Shown here piece by piece: positions 53,011 through 62,263 of a stretch of DNA of 64,000 bases. The stretch covers positions 9,681 to 73,680 of the forward strand of contig JAKAMG010000008.1 in NCBI GenBank assembly GCA_021812985.1, read 5' to 3'. The number at the start of each line of letters is the position of its first letter. Position 1 is the stretch's first letter. Both the position numbers and the translations under genes were made by a program. The notes under the pieces were generated by a model that saw only the letters and a program-made list of their open reading frames with translations, did not search any database and was not told the DNA's origin. Source of the stretch: Bacteroidota bacterium. GTDB lineage: Bacteria; Bacteroidota; Ignavibacteria; Kryptoniales; JAKASW01.

Positions 53011-54021
53011 TTATTGAAACATTCGATCGAGGTAAAGAGCTACGCCAATTCTGTTTACGTTTCCAAGATCCTGCATGAGAAAGGCATAATCCACGCGCAT
53101 GAAGTCAACATCGAGACCGACGCCTGCGGTGAAATCGGACGCATACGACCCGAGCCTCAACGCCAGAATAGACTTGTAGCGGTACTCTGCCCCCAGCATG
53201 ACATCGCCATATCTTGATTCGCGGCTGAACGCGACCGTAACATTCCCTTTGAGGAATCTCGCCGGCGCATCGTATGAGACACCCCAGGCCGCGCTCCCCG
53301 GAATCGATTCAATAGTCTGCGTATCCCACCCTATTCTTGTGGTTGTAACGTCGCGAAGACTCATGCCGAAGGACAATCTACCCATTTTTTCCCTGTCAAG
53401 GAAGGATTCAAATTCCAGGGCAATCATCACGCCAACATCTATTCCGGCGCCGGAGGCGTTTCTTCCACCGAGTGATCGGTGGATAATCTTGAAGTTCACA
53501 CCGACCGGCAAAGTCAGCGGTATCTTTGCGAGCGACCACCCCAGATCGAGATCCAGGTTATAAGCCCTCGAGGCGGTAAAATAGAACGCATCGTCGGCAC
53601 TGGTGAAATATCCGGAACTTCCACCGGTCTTAACGAGCAATTCTCTCTGCGCCGGCGAGTCGTACACAGTCAAGTCGGGACTCCGCGGAATGTCTTCGAC
53701 GCTGAGTCGAACCCAGCTGATGGCGACACTCAGCTCTTGCAGTCGCCGCGCATATCCGACGAAGAAGAAGTCAGAGAGCGGCTTCGCCAGCGCCCCGTAC
53801 TGAGATGAATACATCATTGATAACAAATCGCTCCTGACGTACGCTGCCCCGGCGGGATTGTAGTGGAACGCGGTTCCATCGTCGACGATGGACACTATTG
53901 CGTCACCCATCCCGAGTCCCCTAGCTCCGACAGGGATCTCAAGAAAGCTACCGGCATACTTGCTCGTCTGAGCGAGTGCCGATGATATGGACAAGGCGAA
54001 CCAAAACGAAATCGTTCTCAT
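53011..54021 (-). CDS. porV: PorV/PorQ-family type IX secretion outer-membrane beta-barrel protein
   Basis: 336 aa with a signal peptide. The N-terminal motif AGSFLEIPVGARGLGMGDAIVSIVDDGTAFHYNPAG is typical of PorV/PorQ. There is a 4-nt overlap with the upstream C25 peptidase gene, which is the porU-porV order of Bacteroidota. Confidence 0.7.
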   Translation of the reverse strand: MRTISFWFALSISSALAQTSKYAGSFLEIPVGARGLGMGDAIVSIVDDGTAFHYNPAGAAYVRSDLLSMMYSSQYGALAKPLSDFFFVGYARRLQELSVAISWVRLSVEDIPRSPDLTVYDSPAQRELLVKTGGSSGYFTSADDAFYFTASRAYNLDLDLGWSLAKIPLTLPVGVNFKIIHRSLGGRNASGAGIDVGVMIALEFESFLDREKMGRLSFGMSLRDVTTTRIGWDTQTIESIPGSAAWGVSYDAPARFLKGNVTVAFSRESRYGDVMLGAEYRYKSILALRLGSYASDFTAGVGLDVDFMRVDYAFLMQDLGNVNRIGVALYLDRMFQ

Positions 54022-57000
54022 CTCAGCCGCGCCACCTTCAGAATTTCTTCCAGCGTCGCCCCATCGCTCTTTATTCTGATTCGGCAGAAGTAAACACCGT
54101 TTGATACCTGGTTGCCATAATTATCGGTGCCGTCCCACCACGCCTCGTGATAACCTACGGACGTCGGCACTCCAGTCCCTCCCTGGAGAAGGCCGAGAGA
54201 TTCGAGAGGGTTGCTGCTCGGGTAGCGGATTGTCCTCACCAACCTTCCGCTTACCGAGAATATCTTTAATTCAACTTCATCGATGGGATTTCCGGATGTC
54301 AGCTCCAGCGCGATCAAGGTATGGTCTGTGAAAGGATTGGGATATGCGCCAAAAACCCGAAGGCTGAAGTCGGACCTCACAGTAAATTCCACTTCCGCCG
54401 GTGGCGAGATATTTCCGCTCGCATCCCTTGCGGTTACTTGGACAGCGTGTCTCCCCTCTCTCAGCTGAAGCTGAAGCGCCACGCCCACAGAATTAGGATT
54501 GTCAATTGAATCGGGGATCACGACTACACTTGCGTCGACAGCACGCTCGTCGAGACTGATCGAGAAGCTCCCCTTCCGGAGATCAACCCCGCTTTCGTCG
54601 CTTATTATGATAAAGAATCGTGGATCTGGAGGCACGAAATCTCCGTTTGTGAAGAATTGGTCGCCAACGGATAAGGATAGGCGCGGCGGACTCTTGTCCG
54701 AGGAGAATGCCGCGGTAAAGGTCCCCGGCTCCGAGAGATCACACGTGAGTATTCCGCCGACACAATTTCCTCCGACAAGATTCAGCGTCCTTGTGCGAAG
54801 GTCATAGCAGTATAACCGGATTGATCCGGCGCCGGCTTCGGAAACCGAATCCAGATTCGACATGTTGAGGGAGAGCGAGTAGTTTGTGCGTGACCGGGCC
54901 CTCACTGGAACAAAGTGAATGAAACGCGAATCACCATTTCTAAAGCGGGCCATATTCAGAAATGGCTGATGAAAGAGGGAGGGCAAAGAAGTATCTACTC
55001 GATAAATCCCACCTGGATCCGCTCCTGATAAGGTCGCTATCGAATCTAGTGTGACATTTCCTGTGCTGTCCGCGGACAAGAGATTCACAAAGATGTTATT
55101 GGACGCACAATTGTCGCCAGGATCGACGTCATAGCCTTCTGTCAAGCTGTCGAACACCACCGACATGGACAGGTTATGTTGGCCGAAAGGAAGTGTGATT
55201 GGAACTGATGCCTTCGTTGCACGCGTTGAGTCAAGATCGATTCTCGTGCTTCCGAGGAAGGTGCCGCTCGAATCACTTCCTTCATAGAAGTCTACGCGGA
55301 CGTTCCTCACGTTATCCGAACTCCATTTGTAGACCATTCCCTGAATCCTGATCACGCTGTCCGAGACCGCGCTGATGGAAGTGTTGATATTAGGGTAGCC
55401 CTGTCTCGAATAAGCAGACACGTCCGCCGCGCCGGCAACAACGCAGCTCGCTTCGAGGCTCGAGTCCTGCGCGCCGTCCGAGAAACGCACCATAAGTAAA
55501 CCCTTTATCGTGTCGCCCGGCCTCAACGTGTCGGTCGAAACGTCGAAGGTTGAGGAGTACTCATTAGCGCCGGCGAGGGAAAGAGGGAGGAGGAATGAGA
55601 ATTTCGGAGCAAGCCCGACAGTCGCTCCCGCAGCATAGACTTTTCCGTCAAAGGCGGCGGATACGAGCAACTTGTCAGTTTTAATTGTCCCAGAAATTTT
55701 GATCCTGACCTCTTTTCCGCGCAGGAATGCGCTAATATTCTCAACCGATAGGTATGCCGCGTCATCGGATAGATTTGCTGAAGCCGACGCGTGGTCCGAG
55801 TGGTTGTATGCGTACACCCTTAGCTGAGAAGGTGACTTAGATCCGTCCGGACTGCCAATGCTGAAGCTACCGCATCCGTTGGCATCCACTTCTGTCTCGG
55901 CGAGAGACACAACTTCACCGCCGCAGTATGTAAGTTGAATGACCGCCTTCCCATTCGGAGGTGCGCCCGAAATCGTCCCTTTTATGTCTCGGCCAGGGAG
56001 CACGATATGTGACTCAAGATCCACCCGCAAAGATTCAGTCGGGATGCTCAGGACCGTGCCTGGGTCGCCGATCAGGTTAAACTGGTTGAGCATTGACACT
56101 GCCTGGGGCCAGAAAAAAGAGGAGGCGTAATAACGCGCCTTCGCCAGCATCACGGAAAATCCTACCCCATATCCGGCAAATGACGTATCGAGTAAGGAGC
56201 TAATGAGTTCTCGGTCGAGGAAGAAATCATTCAGAAGCCAACCGAGTCCAGATGATGCAAGTATTCCGACGGCTCCCTTCCCCGCCGCAAAAAGTAGCGT
56301 CGAAGCCAGCGGTGGGCCAGTTCCGCCGTCGAACGCTCCGGTGAAGCACGTCATGCTGGCAACGAACGGAAATTTTCCCGCGTTAGAAAGTCTGGAAACA
56401 TCGTCGTTCGTCAAGATACCATTGTCGGCCCAGACCGCCCCGCCGCCGTGGCCCATGTAATTAACCAGTATCGCGCCTTCGTTTACCTGACCGGCGAGCC
56501 GCTCCGTGCCGCCGAAATATTTCGAATCGGCTTCAGCATCCTTGACGCTCGTATAGACACGTTTCACAAAGAAGCTAGGTGGGACAACCGAGCGTGCGAG
56601 CGAGTCTGTCTGCCGGTGAAACTCTGCTTCCTCCCCGGCCACGAGTACGACATTATTTTGCCAACCCAAATTGCCGCGGCTCGAGGAGGCGATTATCTTG
56701 TCTACCGCCGCTGCGAGCTCAGCTTCCTTTGTTGCGGGTATCCTCCCGATGGCAATGTCGGGAAGAGGGTCCTCGCCGTCTATACACACAAGATAATTGT
56801 CTGACGCCGCCGCGCCGAAATTATAAGTCTGCATCATCATCGTGGGTATGAGATCGTCGGGGTCACGATTAGGATTGCGTCCCCCATTACCGGCGAGAAG
56901 CACATATCCGGGAGGTGCGCTCCAGTTGTGGTAGGCATACGACAAGAAGGATCGGATCGCGACAGGGCTCTTAATCCCGAAGTTGAATTCGTCATATATT

Positions 57001-58772
57001 TGCTCCGCGCTGACGACGAGGGTTTTGATTCCCCTCGATTCGTACCATGACACAAGTCGATTTATCGGGTCGATTCCATCCCCCTTGCTCCTTGACATAT
57101 TTGTGATGCGGCCCGAGGTGACGATGACACATTCCGCCGAGTAGTCATACGAATAGAGGCACGCGTTCAAATCCGTTTCTATCCGCGCGGGGGTTAGCTT
57201 CCCTATGTCGGCGACGGCGATGAACTCCTCCTCCGGAGATTGCACGTAAACCTGGAGGGATACCGCGTAACCTGATCCCGTTCCATCTTCCTCAGCCTTT
57301 TTTACTGTCAGGTCCTTGAATTTGGAGCCGTTGGGTCTGAAGACAGAAATCGATGGTGCGCTGAAGTTCCGGATGAGAAATTTGTAAAGACCCGGCTTGG
57401 AACCTGGAGGGGCCGAGAATTTCAGATAATCGTGGTCAGCCGCGTAAAGCCTCTGATACGTCAAATCAATCCAATTGAGCGCGAGTTCGCTGGCCCCCGG
57501 CGAGCCTGATCCCGCGTTATACACCGACAGCGTGTTTACCCCATGATGGAGTATGCTCTGGGGTATTCTTCTTTCGACCCCCGCGCCTACGATGTTTGCT
57601 GTCTGACCATACCACTCGGTCCCAAGCATACGCGTTTCGTTGATGAAGAGCTCTGCCGCGTGTCTGCAGGCAACCGGTTCATCGGCGGAGGAAAAGCGCT
57701 CCGAAGCGGTTAAACCGTGGAATGCCGCTCTAACCTGAAGCGGCCGCATGGCGGTCGTATCGGGATATGCAATCCGAAAACTCAACCGCTTCAATCCCTG
57801 ACTCGGGACGCTTGTCCAGAACCAGTGATCCCTTCGTTCCGAAGGTTGATCCATGTCCGAAGCATCCAGCCGGTCATAGCGCTGGTCTTCCTCCAGATGC
57901 GTCGACTGGCTGAATGAATTATCAGTCAGGTCAGTGGCATCGTCTGCCCGTCCCTGTGCCCCTGACTCAAAAATGAAGCGCTGGACAGCCACCGCCGAGT
58001 CAACCGTCAGGAAGTATATGTTCTCAGAGGAGAACGGGTCGCGGTACATGTCAGGCCTTCCGTCAGGACAGTTCAGCCTGTTTGCCGTGCCATAGAATTC
58101 AAATGCGCAATCCGCCGTGAAAGCATTCTTTCCTCCTGTTTCCAGAAGGATCGGTATTTGCCTTCCGCGGTTCCACAAAGTTATGTTTTCAGGAGTGAAC
58201 CCGGTAAGAGTGACACCGGCCGCTTCCAGTTCCTTCCCAGTAATTCTATAGATGCCGTCCTCGCTGACGACTATTCTTATGCGCGAGCCGGACGTGGCCG
58301 GAATCTTCTCCCTGATGGCGCGTAAGGTCTTCCGTTTGAGCGCCCGGGATATATCTTCGGGTTTGTCGGGGAAAGGGAATGAGGAAGTAAGCCTGATTTC
58401 AATCAGGCCATAGGAGCTGATGATATTGCCTGCCTCATCGTAGTCGAAGGGGGAGATGATAAGGGAGAAAAGCTTACTGCCGCGGATAACGCCCAGCTCT
58501 TTGAGGCCCACGCCCCCTGCCGCGGTAATCTTCCTGATATCGGGAGTTGGAATCAGACGGCCGTCGGAGGCAGTTTCCCGCAACGCCGTCGGTGGACGTG
58601 CCAGCCTGGATTTTTGAGTGAGATGACGCGCAGTCGTGTAACTTACCTCACCGCGGGTCAGGAACGGAACAACAAGGAAAGGCGCTCTCTCCTGGGCCAG
58701 CGAGAGGAGGCTTTCGCTTTCAAAAGATACAGTAATCACCCTTTGTGTCGGAGAGACTGATTGTACCCCCAC
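54018..58772 (-). CDS. porU: Gingipain-like C25 cysteine peptidase with T9SS C-terminal sorting domain (PorU-like)
   Basis: 1584 aa from GTG 58772. C25-type catalytic region (ILVNYMGHGGGAVWAD ... FVASMTCFTGAFD). The C-terminal approximately 80 aa (VFGAYPNPFTDHTLIALELT...GVYFCRIRI) is a T9SS CTD. Gene order with porV supports PorU. The in-frame upstream stretch 58773-58865 encodes a signal-peptide-like segment with no canonical start. Confidence 0.7.
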   Translation of the reverse strand: MGVQSVSPTQRVITVSFESESLLSLAQERAPFLVVPFLTRGEVSYTTARHLTQKSRLARPPTALRETASDGRLIPTPDIRKITAAGGVGLKELGVIRGSKLFSLIISPFDYDEAGNIISSYGLIEIRLTSSFPFPDKPEDISRALKRKTLRAIREKIPATSGSRIRIVVSEDGIYRITGKELEAAGVTLTGFTPENITLWNRGRQIPILLETGGKNAFTADCAFEFYGTANRLNCPDGRPDMYRDPFSSENIYFLTVDSAVAVQRFIFESGAQGRADDATDLTDNSFSQSTHLEEDQRYDRLDASDMDQPSERRDHWFWTSVPSQGLKRLSFRIAYPDTTAMRPLQVRAAFHGLTASERFSSADEPVACRHAAELFINETRMLGTEWYGQTANIVGAGVERRIPQSILHHGVNTLSVYNAGSGSPGASELALNWIDLTYQRLYAADHDYLKFSAPPGSKPGLYKFLIRNFSAPSISVFRPNGSKFKDLTVKKAEEDGTGSGYAVSLQVYVQSPEEEFIAVADIGKLTPARIETDLNACLYSYDYSAECVIVTSGRITNMSRSKGDGIDPINRLVSWYESRGIKTLVVSAEQIYDEFNFGIKSPVAIRSFLSYAYHNWSAPPGYVLLAGNGGRNPNRDPDDLIPTMMMQTYNFGAAASDNYLVCIDGEDPLPDIAIGRIPATKEAELAAAVDKIIASSSRGNLGWQNNVVLVAGEEAEFHRQTDSLARSVVPPSFFVKRVYTSVKDAEADSKYFGGTERLAGQVNEGAILVNYMGHGGGAVWADNGILTNDDVSRLSNAGKFPFVASMTCFTGAFDGGTGPPLASTLLFAAGKGAVGILASSGLGWLLNDFFLDRELISSLLDTSFAGYGVGFSVMLAKARYYASSFFWPQAVSMLNQFNLIGDPGTVLSIPTESLRVDLESHIVLPGRDIKGTISGAPPNGKAVIQLTYCGGEVVSLAETEVDANGCGSFSIGSPDGSKSPSQLRVYAYNHSDHASASANLSDDAAYLSVENISAFLRGKEVRIKISGTIKTDKLLVSAAFDGKVYAAGATVGLAPKFSFLLPLSLAGANEYSSTFDVSTDTLRPGDTIKGLLMVRFSDGAQDSSLEASCVVAGAADVSAYSRQGYPNINTSISAVSDSVIRIQGMVYKWSSDNVRNVRVDFYEGSDSSGTFLGSTRIDLDSTRATKASVPITLPFGQHNLSMSVVFDSLTEGYDVDPGDNCASNNIFVNLLSADSTGNVTLDSIATLSGADPGGIYRVDTSLPSLFHQPFLNMARFRNGDSRFIHFVPVRARSRTNYSLSLNMSNLDSVSEAGAGSIRLYCYDLRTRTLNLVGGNCVGGILTCDLSEPGTFTAAFSSDKSPPRLSLSVGDQFFTNGDFVPPDPRFFIIISDESGVDLRKGSFSISLDERAVDASVVVIPDSIDNPNSVGVALQLQLREGRHAVQVTARDASGNISPPAEVEFTVRSDFSLRVFGAYPNPFTDHTLIALELTSGNPIDEVELKIFSVSGRLVRTIRYPSSNPLESLGLLQGGTGVPTSVGYHEAWWDGTDNYGNQVSNGVYFCRIRIKSDGATLEEILKVARLR

Positions 58773-58870
58773 ATGAGGTTTGCCCGCTGCAACAGCCCGC
58801 CCGTCACACTCGCAGAACAGAAACCCCGATAAAAGCAGAAAGGTCCAACGACCTACGGGGCTATCTTAAA

Positions 58871-61800
58871 TCACCTCCCATGGCAGTTCTTGAATTTCTT
58901 TCCGCTTCCGCAAGGGCAGGGATCGTTTCGTCCGACCCGTTCGGCAACGCGCACCGGCTGCCTTTTGATCTGGCCCTCGGCCCCCTGCGCCGCCGGGGCT
59001 CTGTCGCCCTGCATTCCAAGTCCGACTGCGGAGTCATGCTGAAGCTGCATCTGTTCCCGCCTCGGCATTCTGGCCGCCCGCCGCTGAGGCATCTCCTCCG
59101 GCACGGCCGGGAAGGCCCTGTAGGCGATCTGCAGCACCTCGCGGTTTATATTCTTCAACATGACCACGAACATGTCGAACGCTTCGCGCTTGTACTCCAC
59201 GACGGGATCTTTCTGGCCGTAGGCACGGAGGTTAATTCCCTCCTTCAGATCGTCCATTTCACGCAGGTGCTCTTTCCACTTCTCGTCGATCACCTGAAGC
59301 ATCGCCATCCTCTCGAGCCGGCTCATCATCTCCGTGCCGAGATCTTTTTCCTTGTTCTCGTAGAACGCGACGGCGGCGCCGGCAACCCTCTCCTCTACCC
59401 CATCGCTCCCGAGTCTTCTGAACTCGTCGGGCGTGAAGCTGACGTCGATGAGGAATGTTCTCCTTAGTTCGTCCGTGAGGCCGGCGATATCTCCAGAATC
59501 ATAGTAATTTCCGACTATATCGGAGATAAGTTCGCGGGACATGACGAATATGTCATCCTTCAGGCGCTCGCCGACCAGCGCGTGCCTTCTCCGGTCGTAC
59601 ACCACCTCACGCTGCTGGTTCATCACGTCATCATATTCAAGAAGCCTCTTCCTGATGGCGTAGTTATTTTCTTCAACCTTCTTCTGGGCTCGCTCGACGC
59701 TCCTGGTGATCATCGGGTGTTCGATGACATCGCCCTCCTTCATCCCGAACCTGTCCATGACGCGCGCTATCCGGTCGCTACCGAAAAGGCGCATCAGGTC
59801 ATCTTCGAGGGAGAGATAGAACCTGGATGAACCCGGATCACCCTGCCGGCCCGCGCGCCCACGCAGCTGCCTGTCGATACGCCTCGCCTCGTGCCTCTCG
59901 GTTCCGATGATGTGGAGTCCTCCCTTTTCGACGACTCCGGGGCCGAGTTTGATGTCCGTTCCGCGGCCGGCCATGTTCGTGGCAATGGTGATTGCGCCCG
60001 GCATGCCCGCGCGGGTGACAATCTCCGCCTCCCGCTGGTGCTGCTTCGCGTTCAACACCTCGTGCCCAACGCCGCGCCGCTTCAGCATTCTGCTAAGCGT
60101 CTCGCTTACTTCGACGCTCGTGGTGCCAACGAGGACGGGTCTTGAGACCTTGCGCATTTCCTCGATTTCGTTTATGACCGCGTTGTATTTTTCCCGCTTG
60201 GTCCTGTAGATGAAATCGTTCTCGTCATTGCGCGCGAGCGACCTGTTCGTGGGTATCACCACCACGTCGAGCTTGTAAATATCGTAGAACTCTCTTGCTT
60301 CGGTCTCGGCCGTTCCGGTCATACCGGCCAGCTTCTTGTATAGCCTGAAATAATTCTGCAGAGTAATTGTAGCAAGGGTCTGCGTGTCCCGCTCGACTTT
60401 CACGCTCTCCTTTGCTTCGATTGCCTGGTGGAGTCCTTCAGAGTAACGACGTCCCTGAAGGATTCTCCCCGTAAACTCGTCGACAATAAGGACCTTACCG
60501 TCCTGAACGACATACTCGACATCTTTCTCGTAAAGTGTGTACGCGCGGAGGAGCTGGTTCACAGTGTGGATGCGGTCGCTCCTCTCCGCGTAAAGGGCGT
60601 AGAGTTCTTCTTTCTTCCGCTGGGTCTGGGCAGACGTCGACGAGTGGTCGCCTTCTATGGCCGCCACTTCGGTCCCGATGTCCGGAAGCACGAACATGTC
60701 CTTGTCCGTCTGCGACGAGGCGAGATACTCACGTCCCTTTTCCGTAAGGTCGATGACGTGCGTCTTCTCGTCCACGGCATAGAAGAGCTCGTCGTCTATC
60801 TCGTGCATCCTCTGCCCCTGGTCCTTCAGGTACTCCAGCTCCGTCGCCTGCATAAGCCTCTTGTTGGAAGGCTCGTTAAGAAGTTTTGTGAGTCGGTTGT
60901 TTTTGGGAAAGCCGCGATACCCTCTCAGGAGGAGGACGCCTGCTTCCTTTTCCTTCCCTTCCGCCAGAAACTTCTCAATGTCGGTCGCGTATTTGTTGAC
61001 CAGCCTTATCTGTTCGTTAACAAGCCTCTCGACCCGCGGCTTCATGTCGTCGAAAGTGTGCTCGGTCGAACCGACGGGTCCGCTGATAATAAGCGGAGTC
61101 CTTGCTTCATCTATGAGAACCGAATCGACCTCGTCGACAATCGCGTAATAGTGTTCGCGCTGGACTATGTCCTCGGCTTCGACCCCCATGTTGTCACGGA
61201 GGTAATCAAATCCAAACTCGTTATTGGTCCCGTACGTAATGTCGCACTCGTACATCTTCCGGCGCTGTGTAGTATCCATATCAGACTGGATACACCCGAC
61301 GGTGAGTCCAAGGAATTCGAAGACCTTTCCCATCCACTCGCTGTCACGTCTGGCGAGGTAATCGTTGACTGTTACGAGGTGGGCGCCTCTCCCCGGAAGC
61401 GCGTTAAGGTAAAGGGGCATGACTGCGACGAGGGTCTTCCCTTCGCCGGTGGCCATCTCTGCAATTTTGCCCTGATGGAGGACAGCCGCGCCCATGAGTT
61501 GGACATCGAAGGGGACCATATCCCAGACAACCTTGTGACCGGTAACTTCCCAGCTTGTCCCCACGAGCCTCCGGCACGCGTCCTTGACGACAGCGAAGGC
61601 TTCCGGGAGAATCTCATCCAGGATATCTGCCACAACCGAGTCGCGTTCCTCTTCAAGTTCGTCGAGCTCCTTGTAAACCGCCTTTCTTTCTTCCCCCTGG
61701 ACATCGCCCTTAAGCCTCTCCTTCAGAGCCTCTATTTCTTTCTCGATTTCAGCGGTTTCTTCCTTTATATGAGCACGGAATGCCGCTGTCTTTCCTTTGA

Positions 61801-61927
61801 GCTCTTCGTCAGATAAGCTCTGAAGCTTCTCGAACTCTTCGTTTACCTGTTCGATGTAAGGGATGAGTTTCTTCGAATCACGATCGTGTTTCGAACCGAA
61901 AATCTTGCGTATTGCGGATAATGCCAT
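58871..61927 (-). CDS. secA: Preprotein translocase ATPase SecA
   Basis: 1018 aa. Walker A MATGEGKT, DEVDSVLIDEARTPLIISG, TNMAGRGTDIKLG and the C-terminal zinc motif CPCGSGKKFKNCHG. Confidence 0.97.
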   Translation of the reverse strand: MALSAIRKIFGSKHDRDSKKLIPYIEQVNEEFEKLQSLSDEELKGKTAAFRAHIKEETAEIEKEIEALKERLKGDVQGEERKAVYKELDELEEERDSVVADILDEILPEAFAVVKDACRRLVGTSWEVTGHKVVWDMVPFDVQLMGAAVLHQGKIAEMATGEGKTLVAVMPLYLNALPGRGAHLVTVNDYLARRDSEWMGKVFEFLGLTVGCIQSDMDTTQRRKMYECDITYGTNNEFGFDYLRDNMGVEAEDIVQREHYYAIVDEVDSVLIDEARTPLIISGPVGSTEHTFDDMKPRVERLVNEQIRLVNKYATDIEKFLAEGKEKEAGVLLLRGYRGFPKNNRLTKLLNEPSNKRLMQATELEYLKDQGQRMHEIDDELFYAVDEKTHVIDLTEKGREYLASSQTDKDMFVLPDIGTEVAAIEGDHSSTSAQTQRKKEELYALYAERSDRIHTVNQLLRAYTLYEKDVEYVVQDGKVLIVDEFTGRILQGRRYSEGLHQAIEAKESVKVERDTQTLATITLQNYFRLYKKLAGMTGTAETEAREFYDIYKLDVVVIPTNRSLARNDENDFIYRTKREKYNAVINEIEEMRKVSRPVLVGTTSVEVSETLSRMLKRRGVGHEVLNAKQHQREAEIVTRAGMPGAITIATNMAGRGTDIKLGPGVVEKGGLHIIGTERHEARRIDRQLRGRAGRQGDPGSSRFYLSLEDDLMRLFGSDRIARVMDRFGMKEGDVIEHPMITRSVERAQKKVEENNYAIRKRLLEYDDVMNQQREVVYDRRRHALVGERLKDDIFVMSRELISDIVGNYYDSGDIAGLTDELRRTFLIDVSFTPDEFRRLGSDGVEERVAGAAVAFYENKEKDLGTEMMSRLERMAMLQVIDEKWKEHLREMDDLKEGINLRAYGQKDPVVEYKREAFDMFVVMLKNINREVLQIAYRAFPAVPEEMPQRRAARMPRREQMQLQHDSAVGLGMQGDRAPAAQGAEGQIKRQPVRVAERVGRNDPCPCGSGKKFKNCHGR

Positions 61928-62263
61928 CTTTCCTCTTGAAATTTCTCAAAAAATATAGCCAGAGCCCCCCCCTTAATCAAGGTTGAGGGAAATCCGGCGC
62001 TGATGAGCCTCACATGAAGGTTTGGTTCTCGAAAATCCCGTCGACTTCCGCATCGTGCAATCGCAATCCAAGCATTATCATTTGACTTTGAGCGGAAGGT
62101 CATTACATTAGAACGAGTCGAGCGCTTTCCGCATTCCCGTTCTCCTAATTCCGCACATCTCTCGACCGGCGGTTGTCAGAGATTCCCAAGCACAAAGGCT
62201 GCGTTCCCAATCGGTCGGATACGCAAGTCGCAACGAACTTTATATATAAAGTCGGAGGACTTC

